NCBI GenBank assembly: GCA_963722255.1
Contig: CAVRJO010000001.1
Span: forward strand, 544,001-608,000
From: Candidatus Babeliales bacterium
GTDB lineage: Bacteria; Babelota; Babeliae; Babelales; JANWKD01
DNA: 64,000 nucleotides
Direction of reading: 5' to 3'
A program made the translations under genes and the position numbers. The notes beneath the pieces are model-generated. The model was not told the DNA's origin and searched no databases. It was given only the letters and a program-made list of their open reading frames with translations. This document shows positions 47,863 through 58,511 of the stretch, one piece after another (the first letter of the stretch is position 1; each line of letters opens with the position of its first letter).

Positions 47863-50071
47863 AAGATAATGTTGAGTTAAGAGTTCCAAGGCAATTGGAC
47901 TTTACTACAATTGACCCTCTACACATGGGACATCTATTTCCTGAAATTGCTCTTTGTTTAATAGTTGCTAACCATTCATGGTCATCTGCAACAGGACATT
48001 TCCACCAAATTTTTTTGTGACTCCACGCTGTTACATTATTTGGTATTAGATTATTATTCTTATTTGGATGCCATCCGAGAACAATTTCAGGATGAGATTT
48101 GTCTAAGGAAATCCATGAGCAATTTTTTATAATTTTAAGTTTTATTGAATCACTAAAAGCAACTCCGATACCAACAGGAACATCGATCGATATCTTACTT
48201 AATTTAGGGGGACTTTTATACGTCCGTTTTCCAAGCTCTAAACGAATGGAATCAAGTTCTTCCGCAAGAACATTATCATGAGCGCGAAGAGCCTTAACCA
48301 CCTTCCAAATCGGTTTAAAGCAAGATTGATCCAATGCTAAATCTTCATCAGAAACAGAATCAACAAAAATTGGAATAATAATAGTTCCAATTTTTTTATT
48401 TGAAGATTTTCGTATTGCTCTACCCACTGCTTGTACAATATCTATTTCAGAGCCTTTAGGATCAACAAACACAATACCATCAAGCGATGGAACATCAACG
48501 CCTTCAGAAAGACATTTAACATTTCCCAACAAACCCGCTTCTTTATTTGATAAGTTTTCAAACTGCTTTAAAATCCTTTTTCTTTCAGCTTGCTGCATTT
48601 CGCCAAAAATTGTTTGTTGAAATGATATGCAAGGTTTCTCATCATCTGCAAGCAATTGTGCTGCTTTTGAAAATGTTGCAACAAACTCTTGTGCAGATTT
48701 TTTTCTATTGTGAAAACTAATAACTTTTTTAAGATCAAATTTCTTAATAGCTTTCGCCACAAGTAATTGACTTGCTAGTGTGCGAGCATCAGTTTCATGA
48801 TCACCAATGGCAACAAAACGTCCTCGCTCTGCATATTCTCGATATGTTGCATCATCCATAACGGAAATAAGTACCTGGTAATCGCTTAAAAGCCCTTCTC
48901 TAATAGCATCAGAAAATAATAGCGTATAAAATACAGGACCAAATTTTTCTTCATCATTCATTGAAACAATTTCATAAGCAACTTCTTGCGTCTTTTGTTT
49001 AACATTTTCTGAAAATATTTTTGGCGTTGCTGTCATAAATAATTTACGCTTAGTTTTAATACCATTTTTATCTACTATTGTTGCAAAATCGCTCGTTGCC
49101 GGACCTGCACATCGATGAGCTTCATCAGCTATTGCAAGATCAAAACTAAAAGAAGGATCTTGCAAGCATGCTTGAGCAATGATTGGAGAAGAATGATAGG
49201 TAGCAAAGATAACTTTTGGTCGAGTGTTTAAAGAATAGTGTTTTAAAATTTCATCAGCGTTTGTTGTTACCGGAAAACCTAATTCGATAGAATCAATTGA
49301 TACAAAATCATCATCATGAGTTTTCCCCACAGTAGAGTCTGAACAAACAAAAATAGGATCAAAAATATAATCACCTGCATTAGCTGACCATTCTTTATAT
49401 AATTGCGCTACCAATGAAATAGAAGGAACTAATACAAGTGTATTTTTACATTGTAATTTTACTGCTAGCCATAAACCAACTAATGTTTTTCCTGTACCAC
49501 ATGCCATATATATTTGGCCAATAGAAGATTTTTCAAAACCATTTATAACAGCATTAATTGCAGCTTCTTGATGCTTTCGAGGTAATTTTGATTTCATTGT
49601 AATTTTTTCATCGGAATTCTTTAGAGCAAATGACCAATCAAGATCAGATGATTCTAAAGTATCTCGAAGACATAGGCCGGCTTTTTTTTCTTGCGCACAT
49701 AATACTTCACGCGCATTTGATCCAATATTATTTGTTGTTGCCATTAAAAGACGAAATGAGAATATCTTACGGGATGATTCGCTCAAAAATGTATCGACGT
49801 CTTCTTTTGTAATATAATAGTTCTCATCATACGCTTTTGCTTGAATCGCCCATAAAGAACCATTTTGAGCTTCCGCTACAAGATCAATTCCTTTGTCTCT
49901 GCCCCAATTGCCAGGCCATTCATTCCAAAGCCAAACTCGTTTAAGTTGCATAGAATAATATGGATCATTTTCTAAAAACCATTTACAAAGACGTTCAAAG
50001 GATCGTCCTTTTTGATCAGACGTAGACGATGAAAGATGCTCTATTATTTTTTTAAAATTAAATTTTTCCAT
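47861..50071 (-). CDS. Mrr-like restriction endonuclease plus SF2 (ResIII/DEAD-like) helicase plus zinc-ribbon repeat
   Basis: KGRSFE...D.GIDLVA...AIQAK; MACGTGKT, DEAHR, MTATP, CLSEGVDVP, DIVQAVGRAIR; no MTase motifs. Confidence 0.9.
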   Translation of the reverse strand: MEKFNFKKIIEHLSSSTSDQKGRSFERLCKWFLENDPYYSMQLKRVWLWNEWPGNWGRDKGIDLVAEAQNGSLWAIQAKAYDENYYITKEDVDTFLSESSRKIFSFRLLMATTNNIGSNAREVLCAQEKKAGLCLRDTLESSDLDWSFALKNSDEKITMKSKLPRKHQEAAINAVINGFEKSSIGQIYMACGTGKTLVGLWLAVKLQCKNTLVLVPSISLVAQLYKEWSANAGDYIFDPIFVCSDSTVGKTHDDDFVSIDSIELGFPVTTNADEILKHYSLNTRPKVIFATYHSSPIIAQACLQDPSFSFDLAIADEAHRCAGPATSDFATIVDKNGIKTKRKLFMTATPKIFSENVKQKTQEVAYEIVSMNDEEKFGPVFYTLLFSDAIREGLLSDYQVLISVMDDATYREYAERGRFVAIGDHETDARTLASQLLVAKAIKKFDLKKVISFHNRKKSAQEFVATFSKAAQLLADDEKPCISFQQTIFGEMQQAERKRILKQFENLSNKEAGLLGNVKCLSEGVDVPSLDGIVFVDPKGSEIDIVQAVGRAIRKSSNKKIGTIIIPIFVDSVSDEDLALDQSCFKPIWKVVKALRAHDNVLAEELDSIRLELGKRTYKSPPKLSKISIDVPVGIGVAFSDSIKLKIIKNCSWISLDKSHPEIVLGWHPNKNNNLIPNNVTAWSHKKIWWKCPVADDHEWLATIKQRAISGNRCPMCRGSIVVKSNCLGTLNSTLS

Positions 50072-50414
50072 TTTTGAACTATTTACCTAAAAAAAAAGAC
50101 TTTATCCTTAGTCAACCCCCGAAGACCTTAATTTCTAAAGCAACAACTATTTTCTCAAAAATTAGCTGCCCTAGAAGCATTTGCCCTCATTTCTAATATA
50201 AAATTTAATAAAAAATGTGTCAATTTTAAACTTTTAAATATTTTTCATATTTCATAATTGAAATTAATGATCCTTAAGGTTCTTAATTTAAAAAAGGCAT
50301 TTGACAAACAATGCCAAATATAAGATTGTATTTATATACATAAAACACTTCGATTCTAGCCGCATTAAAACTCATTGAGGTTATACAACTTTTCAAACAT
50401 TTAAATGGAGTCTT

Positions 50415-50804
50415 ATGAAAAGGTTAACATTTATATTTATCTGTATTATTCCCCTTGTTTTTGCCGGATGTGCTCATATGGTAAAGGCTCGTAAACTAAT
50501 GACAATATCTTTAGGCATGGACAAGCAGCAAATCATCAATATGTTAGGCGAACCAATAATAGTGCGCGGCTCCATGACAAACAAATTTGGTCAAATAATA
50601 GAAGTTTGGGAATATTATATCAGAAAAGAACATACTTCCGGGGCAAAAGCAGTAATTACCCTTACCATGGGAGCTCTTTTCCTTATAGGGGGTCAAGAAG
50701 AAACATATTGGTTCTACTTTTATGACAACAAACTTGTCCAATGGTGTAAAGCCGGTGATTGGGAAACAGCAGCTCACAATATTCAAGAAATTCGGTTTAG
50801 GTAA
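50415..50804 (+). CDS. Lipoprotein (SmpA/BamE-like fold)
   Basis: Lipobox FAGC; LGMDKQQIINMLGEP...EVWEY...FYDNKLVQW. Confidence 0.75.
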   Translation: MKRLTFIFICIIPLVFAGCAHMVKARKLMTISLGMDKQQIINMLGEPIIVRGSMTNKFGQIIEVWEYYIRKEHTSGAKAVITLTMGALFLIGGQEETYWFYFYDNKLVQWCKAGDWETAAHNIQEIRFR

Positions 50805-50820
50805 AATAACTCTATAACAT

Positions 50821-50868
50821 AAAAAAGCACTCATCATAGAATTCAAAAAAATGATGAGTGCTTTTTTT
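50821..50868. terminator. Bidirectional terminator
   Basis: AAAAAAGCACTCATCAT...ATGATGAGTGCTTTTTTT. Confidence 0.82.
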
Positions 50869-51697
50869 ATTTTTTCAATCTATTTTTATTAACTCTTAAA
50901 AAACTCTCCTGCGAAATTACCGTTGTCCCAATTTGTTGCTCAATGTCCTTGCGCGTTCTTCCCGCAACAGCCCCGCCATCTTGTGCATCATTTCTCAATT
51001 GCGGCATACCTAAAGAATCTCTTTGTTGTGTTATTTGAGCTGTTGTTACCTCTGCTAGCATTGTTATGACGATTTCCATATCAGACATGTGATCTCGAAG
51101 ATTTTCTTTACCAATGCCTTTAAGCTTTTTATATTCATCAACTTTTAAATCAAATGCACCTTGCATAAGATCATTTGTTAGTAGTGCATAGTCAATTGGT
51201 TTCTGTGCGCCTCTTTCAGTCCATTCATCGGTCAATTTTTGACGGGCAGCAATACCACGCAATCTTTTATCAACCCACCCTTTAGGATAACCCTTCTTCT
51301 CATAAATACTTTTAACTCGATCTATCCCAAGTTCAGGATTTTCAATTTCATCAATGCGTTCTTTACCAACTTTTGCCAACCAAAGTTTAAAGGGTTCTGC
51401 TTTCGGTGAAGGAACTGTTTGGAGTATACGAAATACACCTTCCATGTTTGCGCAGTCAGTTTCTCTTTTTTTACCATCAGGAGCTACCAATTTCAACCCG
51501 TGACAAAATGTCACAACTTCACTTCCCTCAGCAATGAGACGTTGTTTTAGCTTTCTCCAATAAGCTCCGGCATCAGAAGTTTCAACAAGAGTGTTACATA
51601 CATCGACAATTGAAAAATACCATTCTCCATTGAATAATATTTTACGAATATGTGTACCATCAAAGTTATATGATTTCATTAATTCATGTGCTGACAT
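50867..51697 (-). CDS. Bro-N domain protein (antirepressor-like)
   Basis: IR.....EWYFSIVDV...YWRKLKQRL..EG...LKL.A.DGK.R.TD...PSPKAEPFK.WLA; ENLRDHM. Confidence 0.88.
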   Translation of the reverse strand: MSAHELMKSYNFDGTHIRKILFNGEWYFSIVDVCNTLVETSDAGAYWRKLKQRLIAEGSEVVTFCHGLKLVAPDGKKRETDCANMEGVFRILQTVPSPKAEPFKLWLAKVGKERIDEIENPELGIDRVKSIYEKKGYPKGWVDKRLRGIAARQKLTDEWTERGAQKPIDYALLTNDLMQGAFDLKVDEYKKLKGIGKENLRDHMSDMEIVITMLAEVTTAQITQQRDSLGMPQLRNDAQDGGAVAGRTRKDIEQQIGTTVISQESFLRVNKNRLKK

Positions 51698-51911
51698 AAA
51701 AATCCTAAAAGCCAATACAATTTCATTTAAAAATTTAACATCTACTACAATTACTATCGCATAAAGATTAGCAGGCTCCTTGAAGCCCAGCAACTGTTAT
51801 TTACTTGTAGTTTTTTTACGTAACAATGCTATACTGCTCTCCGTTTATATGAGTATAAGCGCTTATGCGCGATACATAATTTTTTAAAAAGCAACTTATT
51901 AAAGCGAGAGT

Positions 51912-54900
51912 ATGATGCAAGCATTAAGAAAAAAAGGAAACAACTATTTCATACACTATTTTTTAGTGAGCTTGCTTTGCAGCTCCCAATCATTAACCAT
52001 GGAACAACAAAAAGATCCATGGCCAACCATTACTCTTGTACATAATCAATCACCAACAACCTACACACTTGGCTCTGTTTCATTCTCTATTGTAAATGGC
52101 GGCATTCGACATACGATTCCCGTATCAGAGCGGTCAGAAGAACTTTCACCAATACAACAGATTCGGCAAATCTTAATTGAAAAAGATAGAGCAGAACACA
52201 AAGAAGACGATACATTTACTGTGCTTAATTCGCGCTATATACAATTTGTAGAACAACGTGAACATATTTTGGATACCTGCATTGAATGCTTACACAATTC
52301 AACAGATGCAAAGTTACAGCTTGTAAATCTGTCATTTGATATTATGGGCGAGGAGGAACTTTCAACGCGCTTAAATAAAATATTTCACAACTATTTACAT
52401 GCATTAGTAACAACATTTTATACACCGGATGGACAACTAAAAAGAATTTTATCATACGATTATGATACTGCTGCTCGCAGAATCGGTAATCTTCTTGTAG
52501 AACTATTACGGTGGGAAGAATGCTTACCAAAAATAGAAGAATACAAAGAAGCTGAAGTTCCCGGCTTTGAAAAATTTTATGATGATGTACACAGCCCATG
52601 GGCAGATTTTAAAGGAGCATACCAGGCCGTTGCAGACAATATTAAAACACTCTTTAGAAGCAAGCAAAATTTTACAGAATTTAAACAGTGCATCATCAGC
52701 AATCCTTTTAACCAAGATCTTATTAAACTTTCACAAGCCTACAAAATATCGGATTATGCCGGAGCACGTGCTATTATAACTAAATACAGAGATAAAAAGG
52801 TTGCGCAAAAAAGAGAATCAACTGCTCTGCAAGCCATGGATCTTTCTTGCCTTGTAGATTCCTATAGCCGAGAACTTAGTCAATCGGTTCGCCCTCTAAA
52901 AAAACTTCAAGCAGTACAACAAAAGCATACAGAATCACCGCTCATACAGCAGATTAGTTTGCAAACCAAACGGTACGTCAAACGAAACGCAACCTTAGGA
53001 AGCCAAGTTGATACGGTTAAATTTCTTATTACAACATTGCATAGAATTCCACCTAAACGTTTAAAGAAAAAAGACAGCCCACTTGATAAGGAGTTTGCAC
53101 AAGTATATGACACCTTTTTTGATCAACGCGGACTTCCGGTCATCTTTGAGTATAATGAAACAGTGCTTAAAACAGTCACCATACCTCCATCAGTTGGTAA
53201 TTATGGCAACATAAAGGAACGGCTCAATCTTTATAAACTTGCATCACTCTGCATTAAACCGGAGTTCATTAATCAAAAAACATTTCATACATCAGTTGCT
53301 CATGCAATACAATATCTGTGCCATGCACTGCGCGACAAAGATCATGCACAAACGTATCATCTTTTAACAGAAGCATTATATAACGCTTTGACCAATGAAT
53401 CTAACCATGCTTTGCGAGACAGCATTGCGCACTGCAATTTTTTACCTTCAGAGCAGTATGCACATCTCGTTCATGACAGCGTGCTTGAACACGTGCGCAC
53501 TTTGCTGCAAGCATTAGATGAACCAGTATCGATGGATCAAGAGATGTTTCTGCACAATGCATTATTAGCATTAAGTCGAGTTTGGGCACAAGCACGAGAT
53601 GGATCTGATGAAGCAAAAAAACTTCTTGAAAAATCTACGCCGACAACTGCGCTTGTTGAAGAAAACTTTCTTAACCATTCACTTGATTATGAAAACGCAC
53701 TCATTACGTCACAGTATATGCAACAACGCATGAATGAATTGGGCTTCAACCGACTTCTCACCGCTAATGCATACGCCATAAGCGCACCCGCTTTAAAAAA
53801 ATATGAAGCTCGTTGCAAACTCATGGAAAAACATAATGCAGTACCAAATTTTACCACAATTACTGCCATTATGCATGATGCTTATACTCCCCGGCCCATT
53901 GTTTCATTGCTTCACGATGCGCTTGAACTATGGAATATCGGAATTGAAGCTAAATCTAAAGAAGTACGAGGAATTGCCATTACTGTAACTGAATGTGCTG
54001 AAGTTGCTTATGATTATCATCAGGAAGGTGATGAATATTACAAGGCCTATGTAAAACTAGGAAGAGGACTTTGCAAATATGGCCTCATTGTTGCAAACGT
54101 TATTGGACGGAAATTTACAAACTTAGCCCACGGGACTGCCACAGCTACTTCTCACTGTGTTATTTGGAGCATAAAATCCGCAGCGCAAACGACACAGCTC
54201 TTGCTTGATAATCTAGAAATATTTACCAACGGCATTTCAGGAAAAGGTTTTTATCTGCCACGAGATTATTTTAAACAACAAGAACTCCTTGAAAACCCTC
54301 CTGATCCTCAGCTACAACGAGAAAAAATGCACGAAGAACATGAAGCTATTCTTGCAACCCTTAATATGGTAGGCCATGGAACTCAACGGGCATTTGCCTT
54401 TGTTGCTCATCTTGCCGGCATAACGGTACCCGATAACTTACAAAAGATGAATTTCGAAACGCAGCAAGCTGTGCTTGCCTATATCGATAAATTCAATGCA
54501 TTGTCTCCTGAAGAAAAATTTGAACAAAATGTTGAATTTATCCTTGATTGGATTATATGCGATAAGGTTTTTAGTATAGGTTCACAACTCTTCAAGCTTT
54601 TGCGAATGCACATTAAAGAGTTGGCGGCATTACAAAAAATGGCGATTGCTGCTCAAGAAGTTGAATGCTGTGAATATGCCCTGGAACATCTCTATAATGC
54701 TGAGGTTGAGCTTGCAGGAATAGCAGAAAAGGAATTAATTCCAACTATTATGAAAGCTCAGGGTGTGCCAGGTAAAGCAGTTATGTCTGCAAAGGCTCCT
54801 GCAGCATCAATTCTTAAACACTTTTTGCAAGATATTGTAGACTTTGAATTAATATACGGTAAACAAGCCGTTGACGAAGTTATGCAAATTGTAAGATGGG

Positions 54901-55472
54901 ATCTTCCCGGAACTTTTAATAAAGTTTATAATTATAGAATCTTCCATAATGCACCCAAAAGCATGTCTGAATTCGTTGAAACAATGGTAAAGTATATTAT
55001 GGAAATAGATGCTCAAGGGCTAAAATCTTATAGATTCGAGAATGGCATTTGTAACCTTACAACTATCGAAGAAGCAAGAGCTGCAATAGCATGCCAAAAA
55101 CAAGGTTTGTTAAAAAATTTAATACGAGATATACGGCGAGGTATGGGTGATTTTATAGAAACCGGTATTAATCAAACGTGGGACGTAAAAACTGCTAAAT
55201 CATTCGCTTTAAATGGTGAGCCAATTTTTCAAAAAAAGCGACAAATAGAAGCTTTTATTGATTCTCTTAAATTTGAATTAACCAAGCCAACAAATGAAAA
55301 TCTTATTATAAGCATCGGAGAATTGGAAACATCGAGCCATGGACAATTATATGCTCAGTTTCAAGAAAAATTTTCAAAAGCTGAGCTACAAAGAATGCTT
55401 ATTATAGATGAATTCAATCCTTCAAATAGCAAAACAACGCAAGAATTATTAGAATTTTTAGGACATAAATAA
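51912..55472 (+). CDS. Large secreted polymorphic toxin-like protein with C-terminal PD-(D/E)xK-type nuclease
   Basis: Signal (LTME); C-terminal EEARAA...L.R....GDFIE....WDVK; followed 9 nt later by an acidic immunity-like gene. Confidence 0.72.
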   Translation: MMQALRKKGNNYFIHYFLVSLLCSSQSLTMEQQKDPWPTITLVHNQSPTTYTLGSVSFSIVNGGIRHTIPVSERSEELSPIQQIRQILIEKDRAEHKEDDTFTVLNSRYIQFVEQREHILDTCIECLHNSTDAKLQLVNLSFDIMGEEELSTRLNKIFHNYLHALVTTFYTPDGQLKRILSYDYDTAARRIGNLLVELLRWEECLPKIEEYKEAEVPGFEKFYDDVHSPWADFKGAYQAVADNIKTLFRSKQNFTEFKQCIISNPFNQDLIKLSQAYKISDYAGARAIITKYRDKKVAQKRESTALQAMDLSCLVDSYSRELSQSVRPLKKLQAVQQKHTESPLIQQISLQTKRYVKRNATLGSQVDTVKFLITTLHRIPPKRLKKKDSPLDKEFAQVYDTFFDQRGLPVIFEYNETVLKTVTIPPSVGNYGNIKERLNLYKLASLCIKPEFINQKTFHTSVAHAIQYLCHALRDKDHAQTYHLLTEALYNALTNESNHALRDSIAHCNFLPSEQYAHLVHDSVLEHVRTLLQALDEPVSMDQEMFLHNALLALSRVWAQARDGSDEAKKLLEKSTPTTALVEENFLNHSLDYENALITSQYMQQRMNELGFNRLLTANAYAISAPALKKYEARCKLMEKHNAVPNFTTITAIMHDAYTPRPIVSLLHDALELWNIGIEAKSKEVRGIAITVTECAEVAYDYHQEGDEYYKAYVKLGRGLCKYGLIVANVIGRKFTNLAHGTATATSHCVIWSIKSAAQTTQLLLDNLEIFTNGISGKGFYLPRDYFKQQELLENPPDPQLQREKMHEEHEAILATLNMVGHGTQRAFAFVAHLAGITVPDNLQKMNFETQQAVLAYIDKFNALSPEEKFEQNVEFILDWIICDKVFSIGSQLFKLLRMHIKELAALQKMAIAAQEVECCEYALEHLYNAEVELAGIAEKELIPTIMKAQGVPGKAVMSAKAPAASILKHFLQDIVDFELIYGKQAVDEVMQIVRWDLPGTFNKVYNYRIFHNAPKSMSEFVETMVKYIMEIDAQGLKSYRFENGICNLTTIEEARAAIACQKQGLLKNLIRDIRRGMGDFIETGINQTWDVKTAKSFALNGEPIFQKKRQIEAFIDSLKFELTKPTNENLIISIGELETSSHGQLYAQFQEKFSKAELQRMLIIDEFNPSNSKTTQELLEFLGHK

Positions 55473-55481
55473 AGGGATAGA

Positions 55482-56321
55482 ATGGCTCTTACAATTAGCT
55501 GGAATAACAAGCCAATATTACAATGTGCAAATCGAGTTTTTTCGATATTTTATATGGAAATTGAAAAAGCCATTGAAAAGAAAAAATTAAACTTAAATTA
55601 TCATTTACGAGAATTAATTAAAGATTTAGATCGATGTGGAGATGGCGTTGGGCTCGATATTTATGAGTATATTTACACAAAAAAAGATCTATTACAAGTT
55701 ATAGAAATTTTAAAAGAAGCATTGAGTCATTTAAATCATTATGAACATTACAATCATCTTAAAGAATTATATGAAGCACTTATACAAGCCTATGAAACAT
55801 TTGAACCAGACCCAGAGCTTTTAAAAAGTGCTCTTGAATTCGATTTCTATATAGAGAACCCTGAAGAATTTAGCGCGGCTATAACCTATAATAGAAAATA
55901 TCTATTAGTATGTCCTGCTGAAGCATTTCATTTACTTTTTGCAACTCATTTACCCACTATATTACAAGAAAATAATATTATACCAAGCGATAATCTTAAT
56001 CAGCTTGTAGAAGATCTACAAAGAAATAGAACAGGAACCATTGATATTAACTATTATACTAATTCTAAAGAAGATGTTGCTTTTTTTGCTGATCTTATGA
56101 GAGAAGTAATAGATACAATATATAAGCAATATCCTGAAGACACCGCGTACTATGCAATATTTTATGAAAAATTCTTTAACAACTTATTAGAAACAATAGA
56201 CAATTTCCCTTATTTTACGCCAGAGGAAAGTAAGTTTACAATTTCTGAAATTTCTTATTATAAATTTAAAAAACGATTTGCCGATACAGATGCTGGAAAT
56301 AATGAGTCTATAAAACAATAG
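55482..56321 (+). CDS. Putative immunity protein, internally duplicated domain
   Basis: ISWNNKPILQC...LRELIKDL...LDIYEY..TKKDL vs ITYNRKYLLVC...LNQLVEDL...IDINYY..SKEDV. Confidence 0.65.
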   Translation: MALTISWNNKPILQCANRVFSIFYMEIEKAIEKKKLNLNYHLRELIKDLDRCGDGVGLDIYEYIYTKKDLLQVIEILKEALSHLNHYEHYNHLKELYEALIQAYETFEPDPELLKSALEFDFYIENPEEFSAAITYNRKYLLVCPAEAFHLLFATHLPTILQENNIIPSDNLNQLVEDLQRNRTGTIDINYYTNSKEDVAFFADLMREVIDTIYKQYPEDTAYYAIFYEKFFNNLLETIDNFPYFTPEESKFTISEISYYKFKKRFADTDAGNNESIKQ

Positions 56322-56370
56322 ATCAACAAAAAAAATAAAAAATTGTATTATTAATAGCTCCATCATTCCT

Positions 56371-56559
56371 TTGATTTTAAAAGGACTAATTAAAGAAGGC
56401 TTTAACACTATAGTAACACAAATAACTGGCAACAAAACAATTTTAAAACTAACGGTTAATAATGGAAAAGTCATAAATAAAAATGGTTATCTTTGGACTA
56501 AAAAAAATCCTAAGCTAATTGGCAATGTATTTACTTATATAATGGATATTTATAAATGA
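56371..56559 (+). pseudogene. Possible orphan toxin C-terminal fragment
   Basis: Short basic ORF without a clear start; stop overlaps (ATGA) the next gene; located in the toxin-immunity array. Confidence 0.35.
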
Positions 56560-57227
56560 ATAAATTACAATTCTTAAGTTTAATAAAGAATCTCATTGAA
56601 ACAATAAAAGAAACATATTCTGAAGAAATATTACAACAAATAATAGAACATTTTAAAAAATATTTAACAATACATCCATTTGATACTGAAATATGGACGA
56701 AATTTGCATTACTATTTTTACAATTACCTAAGGATGAAATAAACGCAATGGGATGTTTGCAGAAAATACTTGAGTATGATCCTAAAAATGTTATTGCAAA
56801 AATTCTATTAGCATGTTTTGCCGATTACGCATTATATGTTGATAAACCAATTTTTGAAATAGTTTATAGCATTAAAACTACAAATCAAGAATTTTTATCA
56901 ATAATAGAAATTGAAAAGTCTTGGTATTACTCCTATACAGACCACAAAATGTATAAAAAAGTTTTACTTAGATCGATAGATTATTGCGACTCTTTCGTTT
57001 TAAACTACAAACTTTTAGGTCTGCATTATCTTTGTGAAGAAAAAGATATCAAAAAAGCACGCTATTGCTTTCAAAAAGCTTTAAACAACATACAATATGT
57101 TTATACTATGAATGAACATTATGATCCTTTAAATATTGCAGAGTTTTTTAATGAAAGATTAAAAGGCATTCATACCACTCAACCTAATTTTGAAAGCATT
57201 CAAGAGTTATTAGAGATTTGCAAATAG
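56556..57227 (+). CDS. TPR-like hypothetical protein (possible orphan immunity)
   Basis: HPFDTEIW, LEYDPKNVIA, ARYCFQKAL TPR-type helices. Confidence 0.7.
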   Translation: MNKLQFLSLIKNLIETIKETYSEEILQQIIEHFKKYLTIHPFDTEIWTKFALLFLQLPKDEINAMGCLQKILEYDPKNVIAKILLACFADYALYVDKPIFEIVYSIKTTNQEFLSIIEIEKSWYYSYTDHKMYKKVLLRSIDYCDSFVLNYKLLGLHYLCEEKDIKKARYCFQKALNNIQYVYTMNEHYDPLNIAEFFNERLKGIHTTQPNFESIQELLEICK

Positions 57228-57239
57228 ATGATGCCAAAA

Positions 57240-57491
57240 ATATCCTATTCCTAATAAATTTAATCTTTCAAATAATAAATCAACACATGAACTATTAAAA
57301 CTTTTAGGATTTGAATAAAGGTATTAGCTGGTTATGGCAGTTATTATTGATTGGAATAATAAAGTAATATTACAATGCTCTAATGGTGTAATGCCAGGTT
57401 TACCGAAAATGATGTTGCTATGGCCGCTGTACGTGGAGGTTTGGCTATGTATAAAAATGAATTTCCAGATTATATTGGATATTCAGGCTAA
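57240..57491 (+). pseudogene. Degraded second toxin-CT/immunity cassette
   Basis: NKFNLSNNKSTHELLKLLGFE* parallels the toxin end DEFNPSNSKTTQELLEFLGHK*; ATG 57334 MAVIIDWNNKVILQCSN parallels the immunity start MALTISWNNKPILQCAN. Confidence 0.75.
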
Positions 57492-57543
57492 CATCAAAGT
57501 GCTTCCTAAATAAATAATTCCCAATATTAAAACTTGTTAAATA

Positions 57544-58401
57544 CTAAGAATCACTCGTTGATACCATAAAATCCTTACTATTTATTCGTTTCCTTTTTCT
57601 GCGCCTCATAATAAAGAAAATTATCATACCTATTACAATGAAAAGCCACCAATTTATTATGAACACAATAAATTTAACTAATAGAATAAACAACAACCCC
57701 CGAATTAAGGACCTTTTAGGACAATTATCTCCTTCAAAATGATCTTCATACCTAAATCCAAGATCAAAGCTCAATCCATTTAACACTGTCTCTAATTTAC
57801 TTCCAGATCCAAAGGGAACATATGAAACCTTATTTATTCTTTCACAGGCTATTATGGTTCCATAATGCCCTCTTTTTGAAGCGCTTGCTAAAACTACTTT
57901 AGTTCCATCATCATCTAAATTTTCACTTGCATAATATTCAGTATAAGTTTTATTATCTTTAGTGGGTTTTTCTAACCAATTACATTGTTGAATAATGCCA
58001 GTGTTTTTTAACATAGATCCAAGTTCTTGTAATGACTCATCGGTATTAACCTCAGGTTCATTCCTCCATGGTTTATAACCAGAATTATTATAACGCAACC
58101 ATAAAATACTCTTAAAATCTTTTGATAATATTATTGCTTCTACTTCATTTAATGATATTCCGATAAGAGATTCTATAGTATTAGAATTATCTTTATTTAA
58201 TAAAACAATATAACCTTCTGGTAATGTAAGTGTAATGTGAGATTTAGCTAAATGATAAACACCCGGCGTTACTTGCCAATTTAATTCCATTAACTTAGCG
58301 TATAACTCTTGTTCTTGATTGCTAACTTGCCCAAATGAAACAACAAATAAAGAAATGAGCAATAAAAAAAACTGTATTATATGCATATTATCTTTTCCCA
58401 T
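57544..58401 (-). CDS. DUF2167-like membrane-anchored protein
   Basis: Signal, LTLPEGY..L, SGY, W.E.P..D, GR.G-like KRGHYG, F..G.RYED...GD, C-terminal TM. Confidence 0.72.
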   Translation of the reverse strand: MGKDNMHIIQFFLLLISLFVVSFGQVSNQEQELYAKLMELNWQVTPGVYHLAKSHITLTLPEGYIVLLNKDNSNTIESLIGISLNEVEAIILSKDFKSILWLRYNNSGYKPWRNEPEVNTDESLQELGSMLKNTGIIQQCNWLEKPTKDNKTYTEYYASENLDDDGTKVVLASASKRGHYGTIIACERINKVSYVPFGSGSKLETVLNGLSFDLGFRYEDHFEGDNCPKRSLIRGLLFILLVKFIVFIINWWLFIVIGMIIFFIMRRRKRKRINSKDFMVSTSDS

Positions 58402-58511
58402 GTATCGTAATTTTAAATGTCATCATAAAGAAGTCAGTGATTAAATTTTATAGAAACTCTTTAGGAAATAGAAAAAATTTTACTTATTTTACTCGTGAAA
58501 AAATAAAATTA

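Noticed and set aside
4327..51697. Prophage suggested by the CI-like regulator and the Bro-N protein
   Set aside because: They are 46 kb apart among host genes; no integrase, terminase or structural genes
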